Shown here: positions 50,301 through 62,756 of the stretch, one piece after another
Layout of the letters: each line of letters starts with the position of its first letter
How positions within the stretch are numbered: position 1 is the first letter of the stretch
Assembly (NCBI GenBank): GCA_053919585.1
Contig: CM132795.1
DNA length: 64,000 nucleotides
DNA from: Euprymna scolopes
Taxonomy: Eukaryota
Direction: 5' to 3' (one strand)
Position numbers and translations under genes: made by a program
The notes under the pieces: generated by a model
What the model was told of the DNA's origin: nothing
The model's input: the letters and a program-made list of their open reading frames with translations, nothing else
Databases searched by the model: none

Positions 50301-52191
50301 GTAAAAATAAAACAGCGATCACTAAATAAAATGTATAATGCTTAAATGCTGCTAGAGAGAAAGAGGAATTAAGAGGTTAAGGGATACATTTAAGACGGGA
50401 ACAGAGCAAGAGGGATAAATATTTGATGTATTTTAAAGAGGGAAAGAGGCGGGGAGAGATAGAGATAGAGAGAGAGGGGCGGTGAAGGTGCATTTAAAAG
50501 ACAGTGCGATATACTGCGAAAAGGGGGATTAACTTTTTAAAAAGGAGGCAATATTTTCGAGCCTTTGAAGAGAGAGAGAGAAAGAGAGGGTATAAGAGAA
50601 GAAGAGGTTTTACGATAATCAGCAAGTGAAAGTAAAAACGGCGACAATGAGAGACACTTTGTGAGGCTTAAAAGTGGTTGCAGGGAGAGTGAACGCGAGA
50701 CCAAGTGCCACGGTTAAATGGGAAAAAGAGGAGGAGTAACTTTACAAAATGAGAGATAATATTTGCGAGAAAGAAGAAAGGATTACAAGATAACAAGAGA
50801 GCAAGAAATTTCGCAAATGACGGGTTCGTCCTTCGTTGCCATTTTTTACCTTTTGTTTTCTTGACTTATCGACATTCGCTTTCAATTGTTATTTATTACT
50901 CAATTATTAATTCCATGTCTCTTCGAATCAAGAAAACCTCCGATGTTTATCGCAATTCTTTGCGATCTTTGTTTTTCCTTTCCAATAATTTTCTCACACG
51001 GTCGAAGATAATAATTTCACATTGCGTAGAGGTCAAGGACTGAACGTCACGAAGGAGATGATGCCTCCCTCTTAACAAACGGAAGATTCCCTTCTTCACT
51101 TCTTAAAGGTTTTATATTCTTTCTGACAGCCCTTTCATTGCTGACTTTCCGCTCACAAAAGACGAGAATAACGATAATAAAAGTGTCCTATGAAAACGAT
51201 ATAATGAAATAATTATAGGAAACCTGGAAAACCGTAAGACAATTCCGTCTTGTTGAGACGATAACTATTGCGGTTGCTGGTTATAGAGAAGAATAAAAAA
51301 AAAAGATTAAAATGTATTAAAATTAAAAGAAAACAAAATTTATAAATAAAAACTTCCGGTTTTATGGGAAGCTTTAAATCTATTACTGTAGTGCATGCGT
51401 TGGATATGAATCCATTTTTTATGGAAACCGCCCGTAACAAGGTATGAAGCAACTTAATGTAAAGAGTTAAAAAGAACGAATGACGACTTATGCAAAGACA
51501 GGAGATTCCTATCAGCTTAGTCTTTAAAAGACCAAGGTGGGAGTAAAAACAGTCGGCAGGAAGACAGTTCAACATACCTGCAATTTTAGAGAAAAAATTA
51601 CTAAAAAGGAAAATTTATTATAACGAGATACCTAAACAGTGAATTTATAAAGACCACTAGATCAATGAATAAAATTGACTGAAACTAAAAAAAAAAAGCA
51701 GAGAATAAATCAAACAAATCTGACTTGCTTTGAAAAGGCGGTTTTACCTTAAAATATGTTTAAAAAAAACACTCCATATAACTTACGATTGATTGAAGAT
51801 GAAAGAATTTTTTAAATTACATATTGTCGCTTTATGCCCATTATTATGACATTTCAGACCCAAACAATCTTTCAATTCATCCGGGTCAATTAGTAACTGG
51901 CCGATTCCAATATTTCCCGATTCCGATATAATAGCAGATTCTGTTTTTAAATCTTGATTCCGATACAATTACCGATTCCGATTTCGAATCTTTGGAAACG
52001 TATAAATATTATTCTATAGAGATGTAATGTTTTTTTCTGTTACCATAAGAATGTTTGTAATATATACCTATATTTTCATGAATGAAAAAAAAAACACCTA
52101 CGGATGTGTGTGCTGTATAGGTTTTAATTTTACTGGTAGTTTGAAAAAATATTTATTATTATATCATTAGTATGAGCAGTGGAAAAATGAA

Positions 52192-52660
52192 TCGATAATA
52201 TAAATCTCACCCGTTTGTTTAAATGTATGTATGTATGTATGTATGTATGCATGCATGTATGTATGCCTACAACTTTCAATAGAGGCGACAGATTTTCACG
52301 AGATTGGTATCGTTTTGGAGCTCGACCGCTTCGGGCGACAAATATCGAAAAATTGGCAAACGACATTAATTCCTTCATCCTCAACTGAGCACTTTTCTAC
52401 AAGGAAAGGTCGCTTTTTTACGCCGATATTTTCGAAAGTCATCCCCTCTTTTCGATTCACTAGCCTTAATTTAAACCTTCGCCACTTCCGGTTTGACGAT
52501 GGACGAACCAGCAAAAATGTCACGTCTTATTTTCGCGTTTGTTTCCTCGTTCGCGGTACGGGTTCGAGCCTGCCTGCCTACTACCACTTTTTTCTTTTTT
52601 TTTTTTTTTTGCTCAACACACACCTCCAAACATCATGGCAACAGCCGGTACCCAGGCTAG
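52192..52660 (+). mobile_element. Non-autonomous Helitron, nested in a CCGATTCC-rich repeat (~51890-52810)
   Basis: A|TC start, (TATG)n tract, 3' GCAACAGCCGGTACCCAGG-CTAG|T end. Confidence 0.65.
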
Positions 52661-53054
52661 TTCTAAATAAAAATAAAAAATAAACAAAAAATATAATTAA
52701 AAGAATCGTTTTCAGCATCGAAAAGCGATCCAAATCTTTACGATTCAGATACCGATTCCGATACCCCAAAATGTTCCGATTGTTCCGATTCCCGATTCCG
52801 GTCTAAACATTATGAATGAAAATATACGCACATAAACTTACTTTATATTGTCACAGACTTCTAAACCTTCAAACCTAAATTATACTTCTTAATGCGATTC
52901 ATTGAAATGAGTTTTATTGTTTTTTTGGTATTTGCATTGATGTATCTATCCCTTAAGAGTTAATCAAATCAATTGTAAAACTGGCAACAGTGGCTAACAT
53001 TCTTTTGAATGCAATTCTGAATTTTGGAGATGAGATGTGAATGTTCGTGTTAAG

Positions 53055-53245
53055 TTAATTAATCTTACTATTATTCTCATTTTGGATGTTATTAGCACAA
53101 CGTTTCGGTGGCTGCAACCTGCAACCTTCTTCAAGTTGAAAAAGAAGCATGTTTTCAACACCCGAAGAAGGTCGCAGATTGCAGCGACCAAAACGTTGTG
53201 CTAATAACACCCAAGATGACAATAATAGTCCGATTAATCAACATA
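53055..53245. repeat. Inverted pair of degenerate Penelope-type hammerhead motifs
   Basis: TTGAAGA..GAAACGTTGTGC (minus) and CCGAAGA..AAAACGTTGTGC (plus), each with different core mutations. Confidence 0.65.
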
Positions 53246-54307
53246 ACACAAGCATTATTTTGTCTGTTTAGCATAAATATGTCTGATTAACAAAGTCAAT
53301 ATTTACTTGCCACCCCACAAGTGTAGATTACGACACAAGATCGTTCTTATGCAGAGAAAATGCAGCTCTCCAAAAAGGGGCACTGGATTAGGATAAAAAT
53401 TATAATTAACTCAGTCTAGAAAGATTTATTTTTCAGTGAACGAAGAAAGAAAAGATTAAATGTCGTATCAGATTATACACTAAACTTTGCCATTAGTCAA
53501 AAACACTAACGAACCGCAAAGGTTGAAATAAACATGTTCCTCTTTTATGAGTGAATCATGAAAATATATTTAAAAAAACAATGAACACTTGAGTTGCATA
53601 TAAACTGAGATCATATGTTCCGAGAAAAAAGCAATTGAACATTCAGTAAAACAAATGTCTATTAAATGCCAACCGTTTCAGCGATCAACGCGTAGATACA
53701 AAAAAAAGTTAATCGTTTAATATATGTAAAGAAGCTATTGGATAACGGTGAAAGTTTTGGTAATAGAATTGCAAGCATTTCAAAGGGGGGCCCAGGGACT
53801 TCAAAGGTTGGCATGAAAATGTTCTTAAAGAGAAACAAATGCGAGGGTAAACCTAAGAATTGCGTGTCTTGTATTGATAAAAACAAATGTTTAAAGAATA
53901 AGCAAGTTTAAAAGAGGTTCTATTACTAATGGCACAGTTTGAAGGCATTACGGTTTATTGTCATTGCCTTTAGAATTTTAAGTCTTCTCAAGGGGAGACA
54001 ACTGAGTGTGGAGTGTACTGAATATTTCCGTAATGGACTGTAGATTAGCGTAATGGTAACCAGCGTGGCCTATTAAGTCAAGAATGACGAGAGGAAATGT
54101 TATAGGATCTGTTGTTTTAACTAAGACACCACTACTATTGAACCCGTGCAGTTTTCCAATTTATGTATAGAATGACGCCTGCAGATCCAAGGGTTATTAT
54201 CATGAAGTTGACATAAATATATGTTTCAGCAACCAATAACGAAGAAAGTGTTCATATGACTAACACTACAAAAATGTAATTATATTCCAACCCTGTCATT
54301 AGGATAC

Positions 54308-54480
54308 CATGTTAAAGTGGATAACGACGTGGACTGGCGATTTGAATATTCTAGGTTCGAATCAAGTCGGTTCCATAGTATAACTTTAACTTATGGATTT
54401 GGCAAACGTCAGGTGGTCCCTCGTGTATGTCCATGATTCTAGGAATAATTTGGTAAAGAAAAGAATCTTTAATTTGATTG
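54308..54480 (+). mobile_element. tRNA-derived SINE (degenerate)
   Basis: GTGGATAACGACGTGGACTGGCG..AGGTTCGAATCAAG; related to 35880-36106. Confidence 0.45.
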
Positions 54481-55034
54481 GCCACACATTTATTCTTCTC
54501 TGTAATCTCTGTTTAACAGACGTGATGTTGCTAGTATCAATCTTTTTTTATATAAATACCATATTGGCATGTATCTTCTCGAATTGTCTGATATATTCAC
54601 TGCTACATTTTCCAACTTGTTTGACTCCTTAGTCTGTTGGTTTCCATGAATTCGCTGTTTTGGTATCAAATTGTTGTACAGATTTCTATTCAAATAGCAT
54701 ATTTCACACAAACTACAACCTCTCTGTAGACTTATTTCTTGTTAATACGAATGGTAACAGGTATCTGCTGTATTTGCTATAATAATATTTCATTCTTGTT
54801 GACATCTTACGTCAAGTGGGTTCACACTTTGTCTAGCGCGCTTTCCAGAAAAAAATCAAACCGATCAACACGTCGTGTCGTGTCGTATTTATTGATACGG
54901 ACTTATTTTATCCTGGCCTACATAGGGATATCCATAGGAAACAAGAATCAAATTACTCAGTTCCGGAAGGCCGATTCATAATTGGACTCACCTCTCCCCA
55001 TCGTAACAGTTACTCTTTGATATTTGCGATATGG

Positions 55035-55660
55035 TACGAGATGGAAGGATGAAATTGTCTCCCTAAAGAAAACAACACAACAGCTATGTTTTAAAACATT
55101 TATTGAAAAAATAAATTCAGGTAACTTATGTAGTAAAGCTGATGTCTATTCAATGTAGCCGCATTCAGCCTCAATTACTGTCTCGATACGGGTCCGGAAC
55201 TAGGAGCATGCCTTTTCCACAAGTGCCGGCGGGAGCTCGGCGAATACTCTGCGGATAGCGGCGATCAGGCAGCTTTGATGTCGTGGGAGGTCATGTTGGT
55301 GATGTTCTCGACGTATGACCAAACGAAGTAGTCCAGCGGGTTCAGGTCGGGAGAGGAGGGAGCCAGTGAGAGAAGGGTACAAAGTCGTAGCACTCCTTCT
55401 GAAGCCAAGCTTGGGTCTCTTTGAGTTTTGGGGTCAACGCAGAGTCTTTCTGCCACAGCCAGGATCTGCCAGCGACAATCTGATTGCACCAGGGGATAAA
55501 CACACTCTTTAGCCCATCCAGATACACTTTGGTATTGAATTTCAAGCCGACTTCAGAGAAGTGAGGTAACATGATGCGACCCTCACTTGAAACCACAGCA
55601 AAGACCATAACCGTGGTCTGAAACTTTGCTTTTATTATCCTGGGAACTCCCTGTAATTCG
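55035..55660 (-). mobile_element. Tc1/mariner (maT/DD37D-like) transposon 3' fragment
   Basis: MVFAVVSSEG..PHF..VYLD.LKSV..WQKDSA..TQAWL..PSSPDLNPLDYFVW across a frameshift; possible terminal sequence TACGAGATGG at ~55035. Confidence 0.8.
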
Positions 55661-56849
55661 TGGCAATCCAGCGATGCATTTTAAGGGTGCAGGAAATGGT
55701 TCTATTGTCATAACTGATCTCGCTCGTTGAACATTGTGTCACTTTCAGACACGATAGAAGGGGTCTATCTTTCTTGGGATTTGTACACAAACGGTCAACT
55801 AGTAGTTGGTCTGCAACAAAAAAAGAAACCGGAAATGGAATTATGTCATTTTTTCAAGAGCGACATTTTTATTGTTCCATCCTGTAGAATAGAGGAATGG
55901 CGAGGTAGCTAGAGTCATTGTATTTTTATATATGGTCTGGTTATTATTATAAGTCTCTTTAAAGTTAACTTATATCAAACGTATCTTTGTGTCTTCAAAT
56001 ATTCCGAATGTTTTATCTTTTCGAAACGACGAATACGCCTTTTACCTTTTTTATTCTCTAGTTTCAAATAACTTTGTTTGTGACGTCAGTCAAGATGGGG
56101 CAATTTAAGCGAGTGGTGTTAATTTTATCATATTGATGTCGAATTATTAAAATCAAGTTGGCCATAAATGCATATCGAATTGAGACCTAACTCAAAGAAC
56201 GAGAAGAAGAGGCGAAGAAGATGGAGGAAAGGACGTAACGAAGAAATTAAATTATCCTTATTTTTTAAGGTAATACCTAGGAGAAAAATAGAGAAAATAG
56301 GAGATTTAGAGAGTAAAAGAAATCCAAATAAATCCTCTGTTACTTGATAATTTTTCTTTAAAATTAATAAATAAAAGAAAGAGTTGTGAAAATAATGTGA
56401 ACGAATGGTATAGAGGAGGAAGAAATTCAATTTTCCTTTTTCTATCTTTTTGGACTGAAAAGAAAAATGCAGAGCACTTGTGTGTCTTTGCGTGTGTGAA
56501 ATAAAAAAGTAAACTAAAGAAAAATGTTAATTCAATTAACAAAATCTAATAATTGAGGAGCAAAAATTTAGTTAAACAAGTTAAGAAAATACAAAAAAAA
56601 AATTGTGCTAACATTTGGAATTTTTTCAGAAGGATGTTTCCCTTCTTTTTTTTTTTCTTTTTTTTTAATAAACGAGCGAAATCTAGAGCCTAGAATTGAA
56701 TTTGTGAAAAAAAAAAGAGAAAAAGCAAAGTTATTGCAAAGCAACAGATTTTTAAAAAAATGGCTTTTTTCCAGGATATTTTTTCTTCCGGGATAATTTT
56801 ATAGTTTTAAATGACACAAAACCTCATACCAGCTTTAGATCCTTGACAC

Positions 56850-57100
56850 ACTTTTAAATACTCAGTGTGACTAAACGCAGATTCATAAGTTGGAATCTGT
56901 ATTACTATATGGAATAGCCATCTAATTACATAAAAGTTAGCATATGTATCAGGACACTTCTCAACCTATATACTCAACGTTCCTGATGTTTTTTCTTGAA
57001 TTCTTGTAAGGTTTGGGGTTTGTTTAATATAGACTCTTTCTTTAAGATATCCCCACAAGAAAAAGTCGGGGCTAGTTAAGTCTAGGGATTTGGGGATCTA
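56850..57100 (-). pseudogene. Tc1/mariner transposase remnant
   Basis: Minus translation PKSLDLTSPDFFLWGYLK resembles PRSPDLTPxDFFLWGYLK. Confidence 0.55.
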
Positions 57101-57506
57101 CATACTTTAAATTTGGTTTATATTGGATTCAGACATGTGAAAAACTTTTTAATCGGTTTTTCATCTGGAAAAAAACGGACTAATAAGGAGTTACAATTCA
57201 AAAATTGGTACGTTGGAGTCATCGAATTTTTATGTTTACTAACTGTTTCACGGAATCGCAGCCGTGAATAGTTCACATTACAGATTACTTATGTTAAGAG
57301 TAAGTAATTTGTAAACTCCATTTAAGGATCGTGTCAAGCTGTTCTCATGGTTATCGTACTTGACTCACTATCATTAGGTTTTGGTTTCGATTTCAGCTCG
57401 AGTATTTTTTTCATTTTTTTTACTTACAAGAAGTGAACGGTTTAGAAGAAAACATAATACTCTCATGCACGTGTCTCTGTTTCTGTGTGAATGCGTATTT
57501 CACGAC

Positions 57507-57531
57507 CGAGCAACGCCGGACGGCCTACTAG
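57507..57531 (+). mobile_element. Helitron-like 3' terminus
   Basis: GAGCAACGCCGGACGGCCTA-CTAG|T. Confidence 0.45.
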
Positions 57532-57581
57532 TTAATCATAAAGTTACTCACAAACAACAGAAACTTTGAAACCACATATTA

Positions 57582-58143
57582 CGAGGGTCGTTCTAAAATC
57601 AATGCATCCTTTTTAAACTCAATAACTAAAACGTTGAAGGCCTACAAAGAGAGAAGTAGTACCATTAAAACGAGTGAATTTTTGTGCTCCAGTATTTATT
57701 TATAGTCATCGTCTTTTGTGCTCCAGTATTTATTTATAGTCATCGTCTTTCTCAATGAACTTTTGCCAGCGATGAACGATGTCTCGTAAAAATCCGAAAC
57801 ACGCTTTGTCACTCACATCTCTGTTGCCACTCTGAACTCAAAGAACTTATCTCCTACCTGTGCTGACATCAATTGCATGTAACAGGCGCCGGTGAATGTT
57901 GATCGATTCAATTATTTCTCTGTTGAAGAATTCATTGACGCATCTCTTATTCTGGTGCACCTCCTTACAGGGGTTGTTTTTTTAGAGTCTCACACCGCCA
58001 ATATCTTCACCAGAGAGATGAAACTCTAAGCAGGTCATGAATGCATTGGTTTATTCATGATTACAATATAATTTGCCATCCTATCTGATCCATTCGGGCG
58101 GAATTTCAAAAAATAGAAAGTATTACTTTTGGAACGTCCCTCA
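57582..58143. mobile_element. Mariner-derived MITE
   Basis: TA|CGAGGGTCGTTCTAAAA ... TTTTGGAACGTCCCTCA|TA inverted termini with TA duplication; related piece at ~48225-48430. Confidence 0.75.
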
Positions 58144-58982
58144 TATAAAAACCAATGCTTTTTGTTAAAAAGTTCATGAAAATTTCATGACAGTGCATTT
58201 TATTTGGGTTTTCTAAACAAACAGCGTGTATCTGCAAAATTCCTAGCAGAAAATATGCACGGCTAAAAACATGAAAAAAATGTGCAATGAATCTGTTAGC
58301 AGTGTAGATAAATAGAATTACGCGCAGAGAACCCGTGAAACGGAGACGCTTACACAGAGGAAGGAATAGATTTGTGTAAACAGCGAAGTTTTTTTATGCC
58401 ATGTGCAAACACGTATGCGCATACGCACAAATAGTCCCTAGCGTTTTTCATAGCTATTGGAGTTCAGTCTGACTACTAGAGCAACAATGAACTGAGGAAT
58501 GGATTTTCTTATCGCATCAAGATCATTAATAAAGAGAGTAACACTTTTAAAACTAACAAGGTCGATAACCATTAGTCGCGTGCTCTCGTGTAATGAATCA
58601 ATGCGTGAATGTAGGATTGACATGAAATTATTAAAGATAAACTAAAATAACCGAAAAATGGGCTGAAATGACTTAAATAAATAAAAAGTAAATGACTTAG
58701 AAGGACTTAAATGAACTAAAGGATGAATTAAATGACCTTAAGAATGACTTGAGTGCTTAAAAAATAACTGAAATCCTTCAAAAACAACTTGAATGATCTG
58801 GAGAATGACTTGAATGGCTTTGAGACTGATTGGTTGTAAAGTGGGTTATCATTTTACATTAAATTGATACAGAAAAGTGATCCCCCACTTTATATAACAA
58901 AAATTATTTGATTTAGGGAATTTGAAACGTTATATGTGACCAAGGAACAGTTACAGACATAAGTACAGCATGTAGTAAGAAA

Positions 58983-59023
58983 GATACTACACTTTGATCT
59001 TGGCCAAAAGGCCAAGAAAAGCG
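58983..59023 (-). pseudogene. U2: U2 snRNA 5' fragment (~first 40 nt)
   Basis: Minus strand CGCTTTTCTTGGCCTTTTGGCCAAGATCAAAGTGTAGTATC matches the U2 5' end (stem I and branch-point recognition sequence GUAGUA). Confidence 0.85.
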
Positions 59024-59357
59024 GTATTTATTTGCTCCCCCACCGAGCAAATTAGGCACAAGGCCGATTTTTAATGTGAGGAGCGAAGGGGAAATGGGGG
59101 CCAGCTCCCCGGGGAGTAGGGGAGCTGGATAGTGACAATTGGTATGAAGGGTTGCCCCTACATTGACCAAGGTCTTATATGTGGGGGCGATCCCACATAT
59201 GGTCTTTGCTTGCAGTATCTGCCGGAACAGATACTACACTTTGATCTTGATATATAATTTATTTCGTTAAAATGAAAATTACAATCAAAATAATTCAATG
59301 TAAAATTAAAATAAATTAAAAATACACTTTGATCTTGACCAAAAGGCTAAGAAAAGC
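59024..59357 (-). mobile_element. U2-headed SINE-like element (U2 head 59225-59357 interrupted, structured body, CUUGU tail module)
   Basis: U2 5' sequence ..AAGATCAAAGTGTAGTATCTGTTC, then ~200 nt of non-U2 hairpins, then a second U2 head. Confidence 0.65.
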
Positions 59358-60481
59358 TTAAAACACTAAGAACAGCATCTATTAATAACAGACCTTTGAT
59401 CTTAATCAAAAAGGCCAAGCACAAAAGTGTTATGGACAGACCGACCGACAGACCGATCGACGGATCGACGGAGTGACTTATAGAGCCGCTTGCACGCGAC
59501 TAAAAAGAGAATAACGTGTTTTATTTGATGTTTTGCTAATGAAGATTAGTAGCCAGAATAAAGAGCAATAACAAAAAAAAAGCCATAAACAACTTCAAAG
59601 ATGTCAAAACCCCGTAAAGAAGGGTTAAGTTAAACCTCTTCTTCTCTTATCTCCACCGTACAGATGGACTAGTAAAGAATATCGATTGATCTAAAGTATG
59701 CCAAATCTACTTCTTCAACGCAAAAGACTAAGGCAATTTTTTTCTTGTAATCCCCAAAAATTAACCGTTATAATTTCTCTTTACTAACGTCGTATTTCGC
59801 ACTAACAAATCCCCGTAATCCCTAAATGAAAACTGGCAGGACTCTTTCTCATTTAAACCGTAATTTACACTAGCAACTATCAAATTCGATATTTTCATTC
59901 AACTGTCAAAAAATAACATCTGCCTATCCTCCCCAAATTGTCCTCCTTAAAATAGCTATTCCTCACATATGAAAATTAACGTCACATGTAAAAAGAACCC
60001 ATCTATAAGCCCACAGTATCTGCTTCTCTTTTTTTCCTCGGTTCCCGTACCTGATAGGCAAAATAGATGTGCCGCCACTTGTGTGAGTAGTTTCCTTTAT
60101 TACATTTCTTAATCAAGAGGGTCCATTTTGGGGAGCTGTATCTAATTTTGCCTTTGAGAGGATGGAAGTAAATAGGGACTTCATTTAAACTTCTAGGATA
60201 TAAAAGTAAAAACGTGCTAATATATGGTTGACTATAATAATCGATTAGATCAGGTAATTTAACGCTTGCTCACGACCACCTTGCACCTTTCTTTTTTCTA
60301 TAATCATTAATGTGTCATTGTCTTCATACTTAACATAATCCACCATTGTAGGAGGTACATGCCGATTCTAAATAAGAAACAGTACACAACATGTATAATC
60401 TCTCTCTCTTTCATTCTCTCTCTCACTCTCTCTCTCTCTCTCACTCTCTCATTCTCTGTTCTCGCTTAGATATTATCTCTA

Positions 60482-61327
60482 TCTCTATTATTATATAACA
60501 GGAACTTTTTTCTGTGTGTCTGTGTGTCTGTGTTTTTGTGAGTTCGTTCCCTATCGATTCGAAAACGGCTGGGCCTATTTTATGAAATTTCACACGAAGG
60601 TACTTTATGTGCATTGCAGTGTTCTTAGATAGGTTTCGTATGGCAATGTCTTCGATAAGTATCGATAATCAATAATTGAAATAATCCGATGAAAGAAGGT
60701 ACAGGCGATTTTGATCAAATTTAACACCATACACAACCTAATATAACAAGTGCATTTGAGAAGCCTTTTTACAAAACAAGCCGAAGGGCCCAACATATAA
60801 AATCAACAGTAGGTTCTTGATATGACAGCCGCGCGTTCGAAATAAATATTTTTATTAAAACCACGAATTCACAATCGTACTTTACCTTTTCATTTTAAAC
60901 TTAAATGCATGCTATTATCACTGCACAAGCCGTAAGGCCAGACATATAAAATCAACAGTAGGTTCTTTGATATAGCAAATGTGCGTTCGAAACAAATATT
61001 CTGTTTAGAGCACAAGTGAAGTACGATACTTTACTTTTGCATTTTAAACTTTAATTCAAGCCAGTGTATATAAAAATAATTTTATAAAATCAACAGTAGG
61101 TTCTCTGCAGTGCAATAAAGACTACAATGTATTGTGAATTTAGTCACTGTGAGAAGCATGTGAAATATCCCCACGTGCATCATGATATGTCCTCAAATAG
61201 TAGACAATCAATCGATTTGATTGAAAAATGGATGATTTCGTCGATTTCACTGACAATAAAAATATGGGAGTGTGAAATATTTGTTGATCATCATTGATTT
61301 CCGGGAAACGTCGGTTCACCCTGCTAG
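60482..61327 (+). mobile_element. Non-autonomous Helitron
   Basis: A|TC start, (TGTGTC)n, internal repeats ATAAAATCAACAGTAGGTTCT x3, 3' hairpin CCGGGAAACGTCGG and CTAG|T. Confidence 0.75.
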
Positions 61328-62567
61328 TTGGTAATAAAACCTTACGCTAAGATCAAACACGCCTTTTACTAATCAAAATTTACGAGAAATCTAATGATCG
61401 TATTAATGTCATATTATGAAGCTGGTGGATATATATAAACAACAAATACAACGTTGTACTTTTCTATTATTTTTAACTTAAAATTTGGAACTATAAAAAT
61501 TTTATAAAAAGAGTAAAACATGTTAATATGGAGTTAAGAACTCAGACCAGGAATTGACAGAATCACGAAAAACGTCGGAGCGTTTGCTGATTCAATATAT
61601 TTTCGTAATTATAATAATGTCCGTGTTCGAACAGATTAAACTCGAGTTGTGAAATAGGTTATGTTTTTTTTTTTTTTATTACAAATTGAACGCGATTTTA
61701 TAAGTTAGTACTAAAAAGTGTAGCAAGATTTTATATTGATATTATATAAATAATATTAAAGACTAAAAATTCTAAGTAAGTTTAGTTAAATAAGGAAATG
61801 GATGCAAAGTTAGCAATTAAACTGACATGTAAAGGAGGTTTAATTGTGGGAAGTAATACGTGACAAAAAAAACTTTGTGAAGTTAAACGTTAAATGTGAG
61901 CGAGAATTGTTTTCAAGTCTTCTACAAACTAACGGGAGAAGATGCAGTTCATGTAAATGTAAATAGCTGTAAAGATTACTGTATAAAATAAAATAAAACC
62001 CTGGAGCAAGTAATGGAGTTATTTGGTGTTCTTATACAAGAAATGGACAAGAATAGAACTGAATCTCTATAAAAACTCTGAAGCGTCTTCCCAGCGCCGG
62101 CTCTTTGTTCACTTAGGGCTTGAATAACATGTTACAAAGTCACTTATTTTCATATTAATACGATGTCTCTTTGTCATAAACTTGATTAAGCAGGATTTTT
62201 ATTCTATTTATTTATGTTACATATATGAATGGCTATGATCGTCTTGGTTGCATAAACGGAAAGTTATTTCATCTTAAAATGAATACGAGACACTTTTATG
62301 TTTTTAATAGAGATTGTTTATTTACACTTTTCCACTTCAAAATAACAGTAATAACTATCATCATCATCATCGTGGTGGAGGTGTCTTTCGCCTCTGTTTT
62401 CTCTCTGCTCTTTTGTTTATATAAATTTTACCTGTTGACCTTTTTCTTGCCAGCTTGTTTTATTGTTTTGCAACTCTCTGGGTCATAGTCCCTGTCGATT
62501 GACCTGTTTACCATATTTTAGCTAGCTTTTATTTATTGCACTTTTTGTTGGTTTTGGTCTGACCCAT

Positions 62568-62756
62568 TTAATATCGGTTATCTTTTCCTGGCTGATTAAC
62601 GTCATGGATATAAGTCGTTTTAATCCCAGGATTTCCCGTTGTGTTCTTTTGATCGCCCGGACAGTTATAATTGGGTGAACACTTATCATGTCCAAATAAT
62701 AAGACAAAATGAAGGATGAAGACCACTATGAGATTATTAACCTTGATTAATAGCAT
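62568..62756 (-). CDS. Candidate small secreted peptide (62 aa)
   Basis: Hydrophobic N-terminus LIVVFILHFVLLFG, two Cys; upstream splice-acceptor-like TTAACATTTCAG and downstream AATAAA. Confidence 0.3.
   Translation of the reverse strand: MLLIKVNNLIVVFILHFVLLFGHDKCSPNYNCPGDQKNTTGNPGIKTTYIHDVNQPGKDNRY

Larger units (their letters stand above)
58572..59506 (+). mobile_element. Non-autonomous Helentron (HINE-like) carrying U2-derived sequence
   Basis: Starts TTAGTCGCGTGC, ends (GACC/GACG)n...GCACGCGACTAAAAA; internal AATGACTT repeats. Confidence 0.7.

Noticed and set aside
58983-59419. Functional U2 snRNA gene
   Set aside because: Only the first ~40 nt are present; no Sm site or 3' stem-loops
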